Below are positions 11,501 through 25,600 of a stretch of DNA of 64,000 nucleotides, piece by piece. This DNA is from Anaeramoeba ignava BMAN. Lineage: Eukaryota; Protista; Anaeramoebae. The DNA is taken from positions 658,774-722,773 of the forward strand of contig JAPDFW010000044.1 in assembly GCA_028826165.1 (NCBI GenBank). Reading direction: 5' to 3'. The first letter of the stretch is position 1, and each line of letters opens with the position of its first letter. Under the pieces are notes generated by a model that had not been told where the DNA came from, searched no databases, and was given only the letters and a program-made list of their open reading frames with translations. The position numbers and the translations under genes were made by a program.

Positions 11501-13836
11501 CAGATGGATCATTAAAAGAATCTGTTTTGCTGGGATTGAGTTATTTAGCTTGTGTTTTTTGGCATAATTCTTCTCAGGAATTCAATAAAATCTTGGAATT
11601 AATTATTGAACAACAACAACAACAAAGTAATAATAATAATAGTAAGGTTAATTACCATCAACCATTTGGAAATTGGAAAGGATTCGCACTTGGTTTAATT
11701 GCGTGGGAATTCCAGAAAAAAATGGAACAATCAAAGTTTGAACGAAGAACATCCAATGTGGATCAAGAATATTTACAAGAAATTACATTGTTTATGAAAG
11801 TGTTTAATATGCTTAAATCATATAGTTTTTCACAAAGTCAATTCCAGTCAAATTTCTCTGAAATTTCGTTCTTTATTGGGCTGTCTTGGACAGTCAAATC
11901 ACTTGAAAAAATACATCGTATTGATGAAATTTTTGGATTATACAATGAAATGAAAAGAAACATTTTGAAACACATTGAAAAACCAAGTGACCATTATCAA
12001 AACTTCACGCCAAAATTAATTGGATCTTTATTTTGCATTCCAGAATTTTTGGAAAGTTGTTTGAATTTTTCTCAGATATCAACACAAGAAGCGGTTGAAA
12101 TGTATGAAAAAATTTACACAATCGCAAATCAAGGAAACGAATCACTCATTCGTATTGATCAGCAAATCACATCCATGGCTTGTATTTCTGTTGGGAAATT
12201 GGCCCACATTTTGTATGGTATTTCGAATAAAGAAGGATTCAAAATTGAAGCAAATTCATTGACAAAAACCATATTAATGCTTACAAAATTCTCACGAAAT
12301 TCAGATTCACCTCAAATTAGGGTTGGATCGTTAATTGGATTGGCAAATGTTTTTATTGATATGAAACCGTCGTTGTTTTCGCAAACAATGCAATTTTCAT
12401 TTCGACTTGGAAACGAATCGCAGATTTTCCATTTTATGCAGTTTATTGAACTATTAAAGGAACTTCTAATTACGGGAAAGGAAAAAGCAACATCAGTTAA
12501 ATTGATACTATCGTTTCTTCTTGGTTTGTTTGAATTTAATAACATCAAAAACGATCTTCTTGAAACAAAGGCTTCCAATTCTCTTTCCCACATTTCACGT
12601 TCATTAATAATGAGAAGAGCATTTGATTTTATGCAAGAAAATGAAGCAAACCAAGAAAATGAGCCAGAATTCAATCAAAATTCCATGATCAAGTGCTTTA
12701 CTCAAGTGGAAAATATTCCCGCAATAAATTGGGCTCTGATTCTTGAGAATATCATGAAGAAATATCCTCAATCAAGTTGGAAAAATTTATTCAAATTTGC
12801 GCTTAAGCATGAACAACCCAGTTTTTTATTGTTCTTTTTGAAATCAAAGCAATCATTTTCGGAATTAAATCTAAATCTGAAATTATTTCTCTTTAAAAAC
12901 TTGGCACAGATTTTATCTCTTGTTCCAATTTCCCATTTTGTGGGTATTATGGAAGAAACCATCGTTTATTTTTCTCATCAAGAAGAATTAAAAGAAGCAA
13001 TTATTGGTTCTATTGGAAAATTTTTGCAATCGAAAAAACTTCCAAATTATCAAGTTTTAACAGCTTTTGAAGATTTTCTTGTTGATTTTTATTCAGAAAT
13101 GGAAGTTGATCAAAAAGATGAAAAATTCATCAAGTTGTTGAAAAAATTATCATTTGCAATCTCGAAACTGCCAGAGAATTCAGTGAAAAAAATTATATTT
13201 TCAATAGAAAACTTACCCAAAAAATCCAATGAGAAAATTCTGCTTCTCAAAACAAACTTAATTTATTGGGATTCTTTGCCAATTTCAAGCCTAAATGAAG
13301 TGCGAAATCATTTGATCCAAAATTCGGAACAATTTCATTTTTCAATTTACAAAAAAATTACCATTTCAATTGCAAATTCAATAAGAAACCCAACAAATAT
13401 AAAAAATCCAGCAATTCTTGAACAAATTGAGATGAGATTTTTCAATGAATCTTTAAGTTATCTTCATTTTTGCGAAGATTTAACAGAAGGAGTTCTTTTT
13501 ATCAATTGCTTGTGTTTTTCTTTTTTGCAAAGTGGAAATGTTGCGATGCGAATATTATTTCAAAATATGGAAAAAATGGATGCTATTTTAATGTTTTCGT
13601 TCTCAATATCAAGGTTTATATCATCATTTTATTTTGAGATGGAAAATATAGAAATGAAGGAAATATTAGAAAATTTTCTTTCTTGTTTAGGAAATGAAAA
13701 ATTCGTTTTGGTTCATCAAGAAATATATGAATTAATTAGAGATTTATGGCTAAAATATCCAAATTTATTTTCAAATGAGAATAATATATCAAAAATAAAT
13801 GAACAAATGATGAAGAAAGAAATTGATAAAATTTAA
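8556..13836 (+). CDS. FOCAD: Focadhesin/RST1-like ARM-repeat protein (~1760 aa), one apparent frameshift at ~10400
   Basis: Helical protein with SALGIECVQILCEKEELDFILVWSVL, resembling the focadhesin/RST1 'L..LCE.DVVDF..AW.V' motif; removing one T from GGCTTTTTTGGAC joins 8556-10430 and 10402-13836. Confidence 0.6.
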
Positions 13837-13853
13837 AGAAGAAAAAAAAGGGT

Positions 13854-16817
13854 TTATTTTGATAAATTTGGATTGATATCAAATTCACAAATAAAATCTT
13901 CAAAATTTCTAAAATATTCAGAATTTTCACAATCAATTTTTTCTTTTTCAGAAAGTTTTTCTTTTCTTCTTTGAAGGAAATCTTTGATGGTTGCAATTTG
14001 ATTAATTGATAATTGAAGAAGAAAATTATGAAGAAATTGGAAAAAATGAAGTTGATAAGGAAAGTTTGTAAAAGCAAAAGAAATTGTATTACAAATCAAA
14101 GAAGAATTTTCTTGAGGGTTGTTTTTAACAAAAGAAAAGGAAGATAATTCTTTTGATAAATCATTCATTTCTTTGATTTTTTCTTCTTGATTTGTTTTCT
14201 TCTTCTTCTTCTTCTCAATTTCTTTGAATTTGGATTTTAAAGTATCTTGAATAATTACTCTTCCTAATGAATTTATATTTTGTTGTTCGCATATTTTTTC
14301 AAATACTGTTTTGATTATTTTTTTGATATTTTCCGATTTAATTGTGATATTTTGAAGAATTTTTGGGAATTTTGTTGTTGAAATTGAACCGGAAATTATT
14401 GAAAGAGATGAATATTTTAAAAGAGAATAAATTGTTTTGATTGAATTTTTCTCGTTTTCCATCATTTTTTCAAAATGCTTCATAAATTCATTTTGAATCT
14501 CATCATTTGCAAGAATTTCAAGTTGATTTAAATTGGAATTTTCCAAAAAATTATGATTGAATAGTATGAATAATCTTCCTAAAATCCGAAATAATTTATG
14601 TTTCATTTCTAAATCTTTTGTTGAAATGAATTGATCTTGAATTAAATCATAAAACTCTTCTTTGTATTTGATTAATATTTGAATATCAATTAAATCTTGT
14701 TTTTCATTTGGATTTGTATTTTCCTCTTTTTTCTTGTTTAATCCAGTAAAAATCCACATTAAACAATAAAACATGCATTGATATAATAAAACGGAAATAT
14801 CATAATTCAATTCAATCAAATTATCGTTTGAATTTTGGATGAAATGCAATAAGATTTGAAAAACTTCATCGTAAATTATAGGAAAATTTGTCGTTTTGGA
14901 AACAATTTTAAATCTTTTCAAGTTAATTTGCAAAACTAATAAATTTGGTTCATCAATTCGATCTTGTTTTTTTTGTATTTCTTCCACGGAATCTTTGATA
15001 TTGGAAACAATTTTTTCAATAATCTGAACAAGAAAAATTTCTGCATTTTCTGATAAAAAATGTTCTTTATTCTCAGCAATTTCTGTGAATATTTTGATGA
15101 TATTTTGCGGAATGGAGAAATGTTCTTCATGATGAATAAAGAAAATATCCTTAAATTTTTCAAGAATTAACCTCAATGTATCAAGTTGTTTCTTATGCAA
15201 ATGATATTTGTATTTAAAAAGAAATCCAATAAATTTTAAAATTATTGAAATGATATCAGGATCTGATTGAAATTTGACAAGTAAATGATAAAATTGAGAG
15301 CTTTCTTGAAGAACATTCTTTTGTATTTTGCGGTTGTTTTTGCCTGTAATTAATGGATCTTGAATGGAAAAATTATCGTTTTGTAAACATTTTGATTCTC
15401 CAAAATAAATGCAGAATGAAAAATACAACATTTCTGAAAGGACTTGAATTTGAGTTTTTTCCTCAACATTTAAATCGGTGATTGTTTGTAAAATTAATTT
15501 CCAATTTTGTAAGCATTTTGAATGAGTCCAAAGAGAATCAATAAGAAAAAGGAAATGATTATTTTTTTCAAATTTGCTTAGAATTGATTTAGAAATAATT
15601 TTTAATTCAATTCTCTCTTCGTTTTCTTCAGTGTTTTTGCTGTTCTTCTTTTTTGGGTTAATAACCACGTTTTGAATGAGTTTTCCCATTTCCTTTCGGA
15701 TTTTCCAATTAGGAATAAATAAAGATGAGTAAATTGTATTTTTCTCAAATTTTGAAATCTCAAAATGCAAAAATAAAGGGATTAGTAAATTAATTGAAGC
15801 GATTGAAACATCTATCGATCTGTCGTTGATCATTTCAATAAAACGAGAACGAAATCTTTTTGTAAAAGTATCGAGTTTTGGAACAAAATTATCGGAAGAA
15901 TAAAGTTTGCTTAAATTGTGGATGCTTTTGAGTCTAACATCTTTGCATTTATCATTCAGCATCCAACCAAAATACTTTAAATATTCATTTTGGAAAAATT
16001 GTTCAGGATTAATTTCAATCCATTTATAAAGAAAATCCAAACACAGACATCGAATTAACGGTTCAGAATCTCGATATCTAAATTGGAAAATAAGTTCAAT
16101 TAGTTGCGATAAATTTGATTTTATTTGTTCAGTATCTTTGTTTGAATCGTTTCTGCTTTTTTTTGTCACTTTAATTCGTTTTCTTTCGTAATTTGATAGT
16201 GACACTGTTTTTTCTTTTATATCACTTTTCCTTATTAGCATTTTGTTAAGTTTTGTGATAATTTCTAAACCAGCAATTGTAGAAACAAATCTTAATGGTT
16301 TTATCAATGAATTTGATAAAAAAACAATCCAAAATGATATTTTTTCAAATGAATTTTTGTTTATAAAAATTATTGGTGTAATTTTTCTCCAAAATTGACC
16401 AAATTTAATAACAATTTTGTTTTTGTTTTTTTCATAAAAATTGAAGATTGATGGTTTTGTGTATTTTTTGGGAATTGTTTGTTGAATTTCTTGTAAAATT
16501 TGATTTTGGTTTTGATTATTAATTTGCAAGTTTTGAATTTGAAAAGGAATTTCTATTGACTTTTTGTTTTTGTTTTAAATTTAAAAAAAATGAAAAAAAA
16601 TGAAAAAAATTTTTTTGGATTTTTTTTTTACTTCAAAAAATAAATTGATTAAATTGATTATTGATTTTTCTTCATTTTTTTGATTAATTTCATTCCAATT
16701 TTCAATAATTTTTTTTGTTTTCAATTTTTCTTCTAATAATTTTTGAAATAAACTCTTTTCATTTAAATTGAGAAAATTTGAAGAAAGATGAGAATTTTTT
16801 TTTCTTTTTGAATTCAT
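13854..16817 (-). CDS. SCC3: Cohesin subunit STAG/SA/Scc3 (~963 aa)
   Basis: FRYRDSEPLIRCLCLDFLYKWIEINPEQFFQNEYLKYFGWMLNDKCKDVRL = stromalin conserved domain; exons 16817-16632 and 16559-13854. Confidence 0.85.
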
Positions 16818-17223
16818 TTTTTTTTTCAAAAAAAAAGTGAAAAGAAAAAACAAAAAGAAAATTTGTTTTTAAAGAGAAAAATCAAAAAAAAAACATGACA
16901 TTGATTATTTTTATTTGAAAAGAAAATTAAAGTCAAAATAAAATTTAAACAAAAGTCGAAAAAAAAAAAAGTGGAAAGAAAAAAAGTTGAAAAGAAAACA
17001 AAAGTGGAATGATTTTATTTTGATTTAAAATTGATTTAAAATTAATTGGAATATTCTTTTTTTTATAAAGGAACTTTTATAAAATTTTTATCCCCTAAAA
17101 AGAAAAAGAAAAAAAAATTTTTAAAAAATCATTTTTCTTTTTCATTTTTTTTTCTATTTTTCTCTTTTTTTTTTTCTTTTATTTTTTATATTTTTTTTTT
17201 ATAATTTCTTTTTGATTTTTAAA

Positions 17224-18252
17224 ATGAGATTTAAAGTTGTTTGTGTTGGTGATGGTTCAGTTGGCAAAACTTGCATGTTAATGACTTATCTTAAAAATGA
17301 GTAAATAATTTATTTTTTCAATTAAAAAAAAAATTTAAAATTAAAATTAAAATTAATAAACATTTTTTCTTGATTTAATTTTTAACAGATTTCCTGTTAA
17401 TTATATCCCAACAATTGTGGAGAATTTTACAACAGATATTGAAGTAAATTCAGTTACATATACTTTATCTATTTGGGATACAGCAGGTTTTTATTATAAA
17501 TATGAAAAAAATTTTTTTCTCTTTTTTCTTTTTTTGTTTTTAATTTTTATAAATTTTTTTTTTTTTGCATTTCTTTTTTTTTCAATAATTTAGGACAAGA
17601 AGAACTTGATAAAATTCGAGATTGTACTTATCCTGGAACAGATGTTGTTTTACTTTGTTATTCTATTATTAATATAACGTCTTTTAAGAATATAACAGAA
17701 AAAGTTAATTTAAAATTACAATTTAAAATTTATAATTTAAAATTAAAAAATTTTTTTTCAAATTGATTTATAATAAAGTGGGTTCCAGAAATTAGAGGTA
17801 AATTACCTCAAGTTCCTATTATAATTGTTGGATTAAAAACTGATTTGAGAAATGATTTACAAACTTTAGAAAATCTTAGACAATTAAATCAAGAGCCAAT
17901 TACAGCTCTTCAAGTAATAAAATCAATTTATTTTAATTTATTTTATTTTAAAAATTTAACTGAAAAATTTTCCAAATTGATTTGATCAATAAAAAAAAAA
18001 TAATAAGATCTAAATTAAATTAAAAAAGAAAAAAAATAATTATTAAAAAAATATTCTTATTTCCTATTTTTTTATTTTATTTTATTTTTTTATTATTTTT
18101 AGGGTGATCAAATAGCAAAAGAAACTAAATCTTATTGTTATGTTGAATGTTCAGCAAAAAAAAGAGAGAATCTTTCAGAAATTTTCGAACAAGCAGTTAA
18201 TAGTGTTAAAGCTCAAAAAAATTCAAAGAAAAAAAAATGCTTAATTCTTTAA
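17224..18252 (+). CDS. Rho/Rac-family small GTPase (189 aa, 5 exons; absent from the ORF track)
   Basis: Exons 17224-17300, 17389-17486, 17594-17703, 17779-17913, 18103-18252; GDGSVGKT, YIPT, WDTAGQEE, LKTDLR, ECSAK, polybasic + CLIL CaaX. Confidence 0.92.
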
Positions 18253-18510
18253 AAATATTCAAAAAAAAAAAAAAAAAATTAATTGTTTCAAATTTTAATA
18301 TCCAATTTTTTTTTTTTTAAAAAATAATGATTGGAGAAAATATTGAAAGAAATAGAATTATTTGTGTCTTTCTCTTCTTTTTTTTTGTTTTCGAAAAACC
18401 AAAAATAATAATAAAAAAAAATGGTTGTTAAAAAAGAAATTTAATTTTTTTTTTTTGGAATTTTTCATTTTTTTCTTTTTTTAAAAAAATAATTAATAAA
18501 AAATAGAAAA

Positions 18511-19095
18511 ATGTCAGTTTCTGTTTTTTGGGATAAAATCACTTGTCCATTTAAAAGGAAGTTAAATTTTTTGGATCAAATATTTTTAATTGAAAAATTA
18601 GCAATTCATTTTGGTTTTTTAAAAAGGATTTATTTACTTCATTTTGGATTACCATTTTTTAATTTTGAAAAATATTCAGAAACAAATGTTAAAATTATTA
18701 CAAAAGAAGAAGATTTTATTTATGAAGTTTTTACACAAGTTCTAAATGCTAAAAAAATAGATGAAGTTGCAAAAAAAGCTTGTGCTTCAAAATCCATTTT
18801 CATATTTATTTCTACTGATGAAAAAATTTTATTTCCTATTTTATCTCATTTATCTTCTTTATCTTATAGAATAATTCTTTTTACGAGATCAAAATTTATT
18901 TCAAAGCAATTAAAAGAACTTGTTTCACCTTCTGATATTTTTGAATGGAAAAAATTATTGAGAACAAATTTTTATCAACGAAATGATTCAAGAATTTTAA
19001 TTTTTAATCAAAATCAATTAGAAAATGAAAATGAAAATGAAAATGAAAATGATAATGATAATGATAATGAAAATGAAAATGAAAATGAAAATTAA
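18511..19095 (+). CDS. Divergent NYN-domain (limkain-b1/MARF1-like) protein
   Basis: VFWDKITCP (cf. VFWDxENCP), IFISTD..L..L...YRIILF, FEW..LL; acidic EN-repeat tail. Confidence 0.5.
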   Translation: MSVSVFWDKITCPFKRKLNFLDQIFLIEKLAIHFGFLKRIYLLHFGLPFFNFEKYSETNVKIITKEEDFIYEVFTQVLNAKKIDEVAKKACASKSIFIFISTDEKILFPILSHLSSLSYRIILFTRSKFISKQLKELVSPSDIFEWKKLLRTNFYQRNDSRILIFNQNQLENENENENENDNDNDNENENENEN

Positions 19096-19263
19096 AATTA
19101 AAATTAAAATTCTTTTACGGATTAAAAAAAGTTTTTATTTATGGTTTTGATGTTTTTGTTTTTGATTAAAAAAAAAAAGATAAAAAGAGGAATTTAGTAA
19201 GAAAATTGAACTGTTGTAAAATTTTAAGAAGAAATGAAAAATTGGAGAACAAGAAGAAAGAGA

Positions 19264-19538
19264 TTAAATTCCTTTAAATTTAAATTAAAAATAAAATAAA
19301 AAATAAAATTAAAAATAAAAAATTTATATATAAAATTTATATAAAATTTACGATAGTTCAATAATTTTTCTATTAAATCAACATGAGTTAAAATCATTCT
19401 TCTACAACAATAACGAGTAAGTTTAAGTTCATCAAGAGCAGTCCTTTCAGAATATCCAGAACGAAGATAAGAAAGATAAGTTTCCCATTTATTACCAATA
19501 ACTTTATTACAAGTCCAACAACGAATTGGAATAATCAT
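19264..19538 (-). CDS. RPB10: RNA polymerase I/II/III shared subunit RPB10 (RPABC5)
   Basis: [18 protein letters not shown]...[21 protein letters not shown]; exon 1 19538-19352, then GT donor; last exon uncertain (stop at 19264 or 19194). Confidence 0.93.
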
Positions 19539-19546
19539 TATTTAAA

Positions 19547-19666
19547 ATTTAAAAGGAAAAAAATGAAAAAAATGAAAAATTAAAAAATTAAAAAATTAAA
19601 ATTTAAAAAAGAAATTTTTTTTTCATTTTTTTCATTTTTTTCATTTTTTTCCTTTTAAAAAAAAAA
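19547..19666. promoter_or_regulatory. Putative bidirectional promoter with a ~30-bp inverted repeat of Inr-like motifs
   Basis: TTTAAAAGGAAAAAAATGAAAAAAATGAAAA mirrored by TTTCATTTTTTTCATTTTTTTCCTTTTAAA between RPB10 and the TPR gene. Confidence 0.5.
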
Positions 19667-22600
19667 ATGATTCCAAAAGATTTAAATAACGAAAATAATT
19701 TAAATAACGATAAAGAAGAAAATAAAGAAGAAAATAAAGAAGAAAATAAAAATAAAAATAAAAAAGAAAATAAATTACAACTTTTCATTGAAAATGATTC
19801 AAATGATTTTTCAGATTTAGAACCTTTAACAATAGAAAATAAGTTTGAAATTAAAAATAAACCAATGAATGAAAGATCAAAATCTGTAATTTTTAATACT
19901 AAAACTCCTATTATTGGAGTTGTTGCAAATCAAACTCAAAAAGAAGTTGGTTGGGAAGATGATTTTGTATTTGAAACTGATACAGAAAGTGAAAAAGATT
20001 ATTCTCATACAAATAATCCTATTTTAACTAGATCAAAATGTCTGTTTTATCAATATAGCATTATTTATAAAAATATAAATAAAATTATAAATTAAATTAT
20101 ATATAAAATATTTATAAAATTATAAATAAAATTATATATAAAATTATATATAAAATTATAAATAAAAATATAAATTAAATTATAAATAAAATTATAAATA
20201 AAATTATAAATAAAATTATAAATTAAATTAAAAATTAAATTATAAATAAAATTATAAATTAAATTATAAATTAAATTATAAATTAAATTATAAATAAAAT
20301 TATAAATAAAATTATAAATTAAATTATAAATTAAATTAAAAATTATAAATTAAAAATAAAATAAAAATAAAAAAAATAAAATTATAAATTAAATTATATA
20401 AAAAAAAAATATAAATAAAAATTATAAATAAAAATTATAAACAAAAATAATAAATAAAATTATAAAATAAAATTATAAATAAAATTATAAATAAAATTAT
20501 AAATAAAATTATAAAATAAAATTATAAATAAAATTATAAATAAAATTATAAAATAAAATTTATAAATAAAAATTATTTATATAAAAAATATATATATAAA
20601 AATATAAATTAAATTATAAATAAAAATTATAAAAATTAAAATAAAATAAAATTATAAATAAAATTATAAATAAAATTATAAAAATAAAATTATAAATAAA
20701 ATTATATAAATAAAAAATATAAATAAAAATATAAAATAAATATAAAAAAAATTATATAAATTAAAATTATAAAATTAAAATTATAAAATAAAATTATAAA
20801 TAAAAATTATAAAATTAAAAATTATAAATAAAATTATAAATTAAAAATTATAAAATAAAAAATATAAATTAAATAAAATAAAAAAAAAATAAAATTGATA
20901 TAAATATGGAATTATAAAAAAATTATATATAAAATTATAAATTAAATTAAATATAAAATTATATATAAAATATAAATAAAATTATAAATAAAATTAAAAA
21001 AAAAAATAAAAATTATAAAATAAAATAAATAAAATAAAATTATAAAAATAAATTATATATATAAAATAAAAATAAAATTATAAAATAAAATTATAAATTA
21101 AATTATAAATTAAATTATATATTAAATATATAAATTAAAAATATAAATAAAATTATAAATAAAATTATAAATAAAAATTAAATAAATAAAAATTATAAAT
21201 AAAAATTATAAATTAAATTATAAATTAAATTATAAATTAAATTATAAATTAAATTATAAATTGAATTATAAATAAAAATATAAATAAATAAAAAATTATA
21301 AATAAAAAATAAAATAAAATTAAAATAAAATTATAAATAAAATTATAAATAAAATTATAAATAAAATTATAAATAAAAATTATAAAATAAAAATATAAAA
21401 TAAAAATATAAATTAAAATTATAAATTAAATTATAAATAAATATAAATTAAATTATAAATAAAATATAAAATAAAATTAAAAATAAAAATATAAATTATA
21501 AATTAAAAAATTATAAATAAAATTATAAAATAAAATTATAAAAATAAAATTATAAATAAAATTATATATAATAAATTATAAATAAAAATATATTAAAATA
21601 AAAATAAAAATAAAAAAATAAAATTATATATAAAATTATAAATAAAATTATAAATAAAATTATAAATAAAATTATAAATAAAATTATAAATAAAATTATA
21701 AATAAAATTATAAATAAAATTATAAATAAAATTATAAATTAAATTATAAATATAAATTATAAATAAAATTATAAATAAAATTATAAATAAAATTATATAT
21801 TAAATTATAAATAAAATTATAAATAAAATTATAAATAAAATTAAATATAAAATTATTTATAAAATTATAAATAAAATTATAAATAAAATTAAATATAAAA
21901 TAGCTCGTGGATTTAGTATGCAAAGAATAAAATTCATTCAAACTCAAAATACTTCCTCAAAATTTAAAATATTATCAAATTTATTGGAAATTTTACCTCG
22001 TAATTTTTTCAAATTTCTTTAAAAAAAAAAAAGAATTATTCATTTGATTTAAATTTAAATTAAAATTTGATTTGATTAGAACCTTCAAAAATAAACAAAG
22101 AACTATCAAATACAATTCAAAAAAGAAAAGATTCAGAATTTACACATATTCATGTGAATTTTTTTTCCTTTTGAAAACAAAAAAAAAAGTCAAACAATTT
22201 TCTTTACTTTATTTTTTAATATATAAAAAAACAATTAAAAGGAATCAATAAAACAAGCCAAAGAACAATTTAAACAAGGAATTAAACATCATGAAAACAA
22301 TGAATTAGAAGAAGCAAAAGAATCATTTTCCAAATCAATTCGTTCTTTAACATTTTTTCGACAAAAATTACAAAAACATTTACAAAATTCAAAACAAATA
22401 CAATCCAAAAAAAATGCCAATAGAATCAAAGCAATTTGCGATAAATTAGAAATTAAAAACCGGATCAATTATTCAAAAACACTTCGAAAACAACAAAAAC
22501 TTCAAGAAGCTTTAATTTCTCTTGAAAAAACACTTGAACTGGCAAAAATGAATAGTGATTTAAAAATTGAAAGTCGAGTTCAACTTGAATTAGGGATCAT

Positions 22601-25600
22601 ATTAAAAAAGCTGGGAAAACATGAACCAGCACTTGAAAAACTAGAAAACTCAATTAAAGACCGTTCCAAATCACGATATACAAAAGCAAAGCAAATTAAA
22701 AACAGACAAATTTTCTCTTCAGTTAATATTTTGCAAGAGAAAGAAATTGATCTCAAAAGACAAAGTGTCCGTTTAGATAATGCAGAGTTTTCTTCTCTTT
22801 TTGGAAAGAACGACTTCCTTTTCTTTTCAAAATCTTGTTATCATATTGGAGATAGTTATTTTTCAACTGCACAAAATTCGGAACAACAACTTCTTGCCAA
22901 AAATTTTTTAGAATTTAGTCTCAAATATTCAATTTCTTTTGGCGAAACAAAGAAACAGAAAAAAACTCAAGAATTAATATCCAAAATTGAATCTCAATTA
23001 GATGAGGTTTGAGATCAAAAAAGAAAAAAAAAATATATAAATAATTCAATTCAAATCAAATCAAAAAAAAAAAACAACAATTAAAATTTTAGAAAAAACA
23101 ACATAAAGAAGATGATTCAGAAATGGAATCATTTTCTGATTGGGATAAAGATATTCAAGATACGGATGAAAATACTCCCAAAAATAGATTGGGTGAATTA
23201 TTAAAACAAATGGTAAAAACAAACAAGAAAAAATAATCAAGAAATTATTTTTTCTAATTAGGGATTTTTTTTTTAAAAAAAAAAATTTTCAAGCTTGAAG
23301 ATGAAGATAATCGGAAACAATTTCCTGAAAAATGGAAAATTCAAGATCAAATACAAACTTTTATTCATTTAATTAAATATCCTCTTCCTCCAACTACTTT
23401 TACTTCATCAGGAAAAGAAGGACAGCATTTTTTCACAAATATGACTTTTGAAGCTTGGATTTCTAATTTGGTTGTAAAACATTATCGCAACTTCATGGAT
23501 TCTTTAGATCAATTTTGTGAGAAATCATTTGTTGATTCATTATTTGCTTCCAAAATTGTAAAAATGCAATTAACACTAAAAATTGAAAATCGATTTGAAT
23601 TATTCATTTATTTTTTTTTATTTATTTATTGATTTAGATTGATTGCCAAATGGCACATAATTTTTTCGATTCAATTCAAGCATTTCTTAACAAATCAAAT
23701 CAGGTCAAAACAGTTTCTTTAATTAGCCAATTTTTGCATAAATTAGATCATGTTTTATATCAAAACGAGGAAGAAAAAGAAATGATATTTCAAGTTGCAA
23801 TTGATATTTTAAAAATATCTGGGGATTTTCTTAATGAAATCAGTTTTATCCATTTGCTAAATCAAGTTCAGAAAACATTTAATAAAATTGATCCTCTTTA
23901 TTTTAAATTGATCCAAAACGAGTATAATTCCCATAAGGATGATCTTGAAAATGATCATCAGCAAGTATTAATCATTTCCGAATTTATCCGAATTTATAAA
24001 GAATCTAAAAAAAATTATAAATCTGAAGAAGATGAAAGCAAAAAATCATTTTGTATGAATTTTATAATTGCAAATTAATATCAATTTTCTTTATTCCTTC
24101 ATTTCTTCTTTTTTTTTTTTCTCAATTTTGTTCATTTTCTTGTTTAGCTTTATTTCTTTATGGAAATGCCTTGCTTGATTTACAACTTCATATAATTTAT
24201 ATTTCCCCGCTTAGTCTACAAAACAGATTTTCGAATGTTACACTCATTTCAAATGAATTTGATTGGGGAAAGTTATTGAGTCAATTGACTCACAAGATTG
24301 CAAACAATGAACAATATAGGATTGAAAAATTAATAAGTATTTATAACAATTTAAACCAAGAAGTTTTTAGTCAAGGAATATTGAAGGCGAAAATTGGATA
24401 TGTGATTGGAATATATTATTTATATTCACAAAATTTTGGATTAGCAGAAAGAATTTTGTTTGAAAGTTTATTAACACTTGATCATTTAACACCAAAAACA
24501 GAAAAAAATGAAAATGAGGAAAATAACGAAAATAAAAATAATGAAAATAAAAATCCGCAAGAACTAATTTCGCCAAGAAAACCTGAAACTAGAATCCCTT
24601 TAATTTCAACAATTGGATCAAATTTAATGATGAGCTTTGCAGATTCTTTGCTTGCAAATTACAAATACAAATATGCGTTTATATGTCTTCAAAACGCACT
24701 TAGAATATTGAAAGTTATCAACATCAAAGAATACAAACAATTAGTCAGCAAAATGGCAATCATTTGCTATGAAAATTTTGATCTGAAAAATGCATTGAAA
24801 TATTATTATCAAGTAATGGAACAAATGAAGCAAGAAAAAAAAGTGAATGAAGTAATTTTCGTTTGTGAAGTGATGAATTCAATATTGCTTTCGCTTGGGC
24901 AATTTAAGGAAGCAAAAAGAATCATTCACGAAGTCTCAAGATATGTTCATCCAACAACAAACACAAGCGATGTGAGACAAAAATTGAGCATTCAGTATGT
25001 CAGCCTGCAAATTTCTCTTGCAAAATTATATTTGCAAAGCTTGGAAACAGAAAAGGCAATATCATTGTTGAATCTTTTATTGAATATTGCATTGCCTCGA
25101 GGAACAAAGGCAAATATATATATGCTGTTGGCGCAAGCATATCTCAAGAAAAGATGGTTTATTGAAGCCAAAAAATCTCTTGATCAATACGAAGAGGAAG
25201 AAAATATCAAAATTGAAACTGGACAAGGAAACTATTCTTTTTCTCAACTAAAATCACAACTTCCATCAGTTTCCAATCCGAAAAGAACCACACAAAGCCA
25301 AAGAACATTTTCGACAAATTTTGTGAAGCCAACAATTCTTAAAAAAAATTTTACAGAAGATGATAATGAAAATGAAAATGAAAATTCAAATTCAAATTCA
25401 AATCAAAATCAATTCTCAAATAGTAAAATTAAAAAGATGAATAAGGATCATTATGTTCTCACTAGTCAATCAATTAATCAGCAAAAAATTCAAGATGAAA
25501 AGGAAAAAAATCAGCAAAATGTAAATCAATCTGATATACAATCTTTATTTGGAGATCCAAATGAAAAAGTAGAACTTAAAAAACGACCCAAATCTGCACC

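Noticed and set aside
13836-13854. TAAA stop-overlapping polyadenylation signal (Trichomonas-like) at most gene ends, including the 17-bp FOCAD/STAG convergent gap
   Set aside because: Plausible, but TAA followed by A is expected by chance at this AT content and cannot be supported without 3'-end data.
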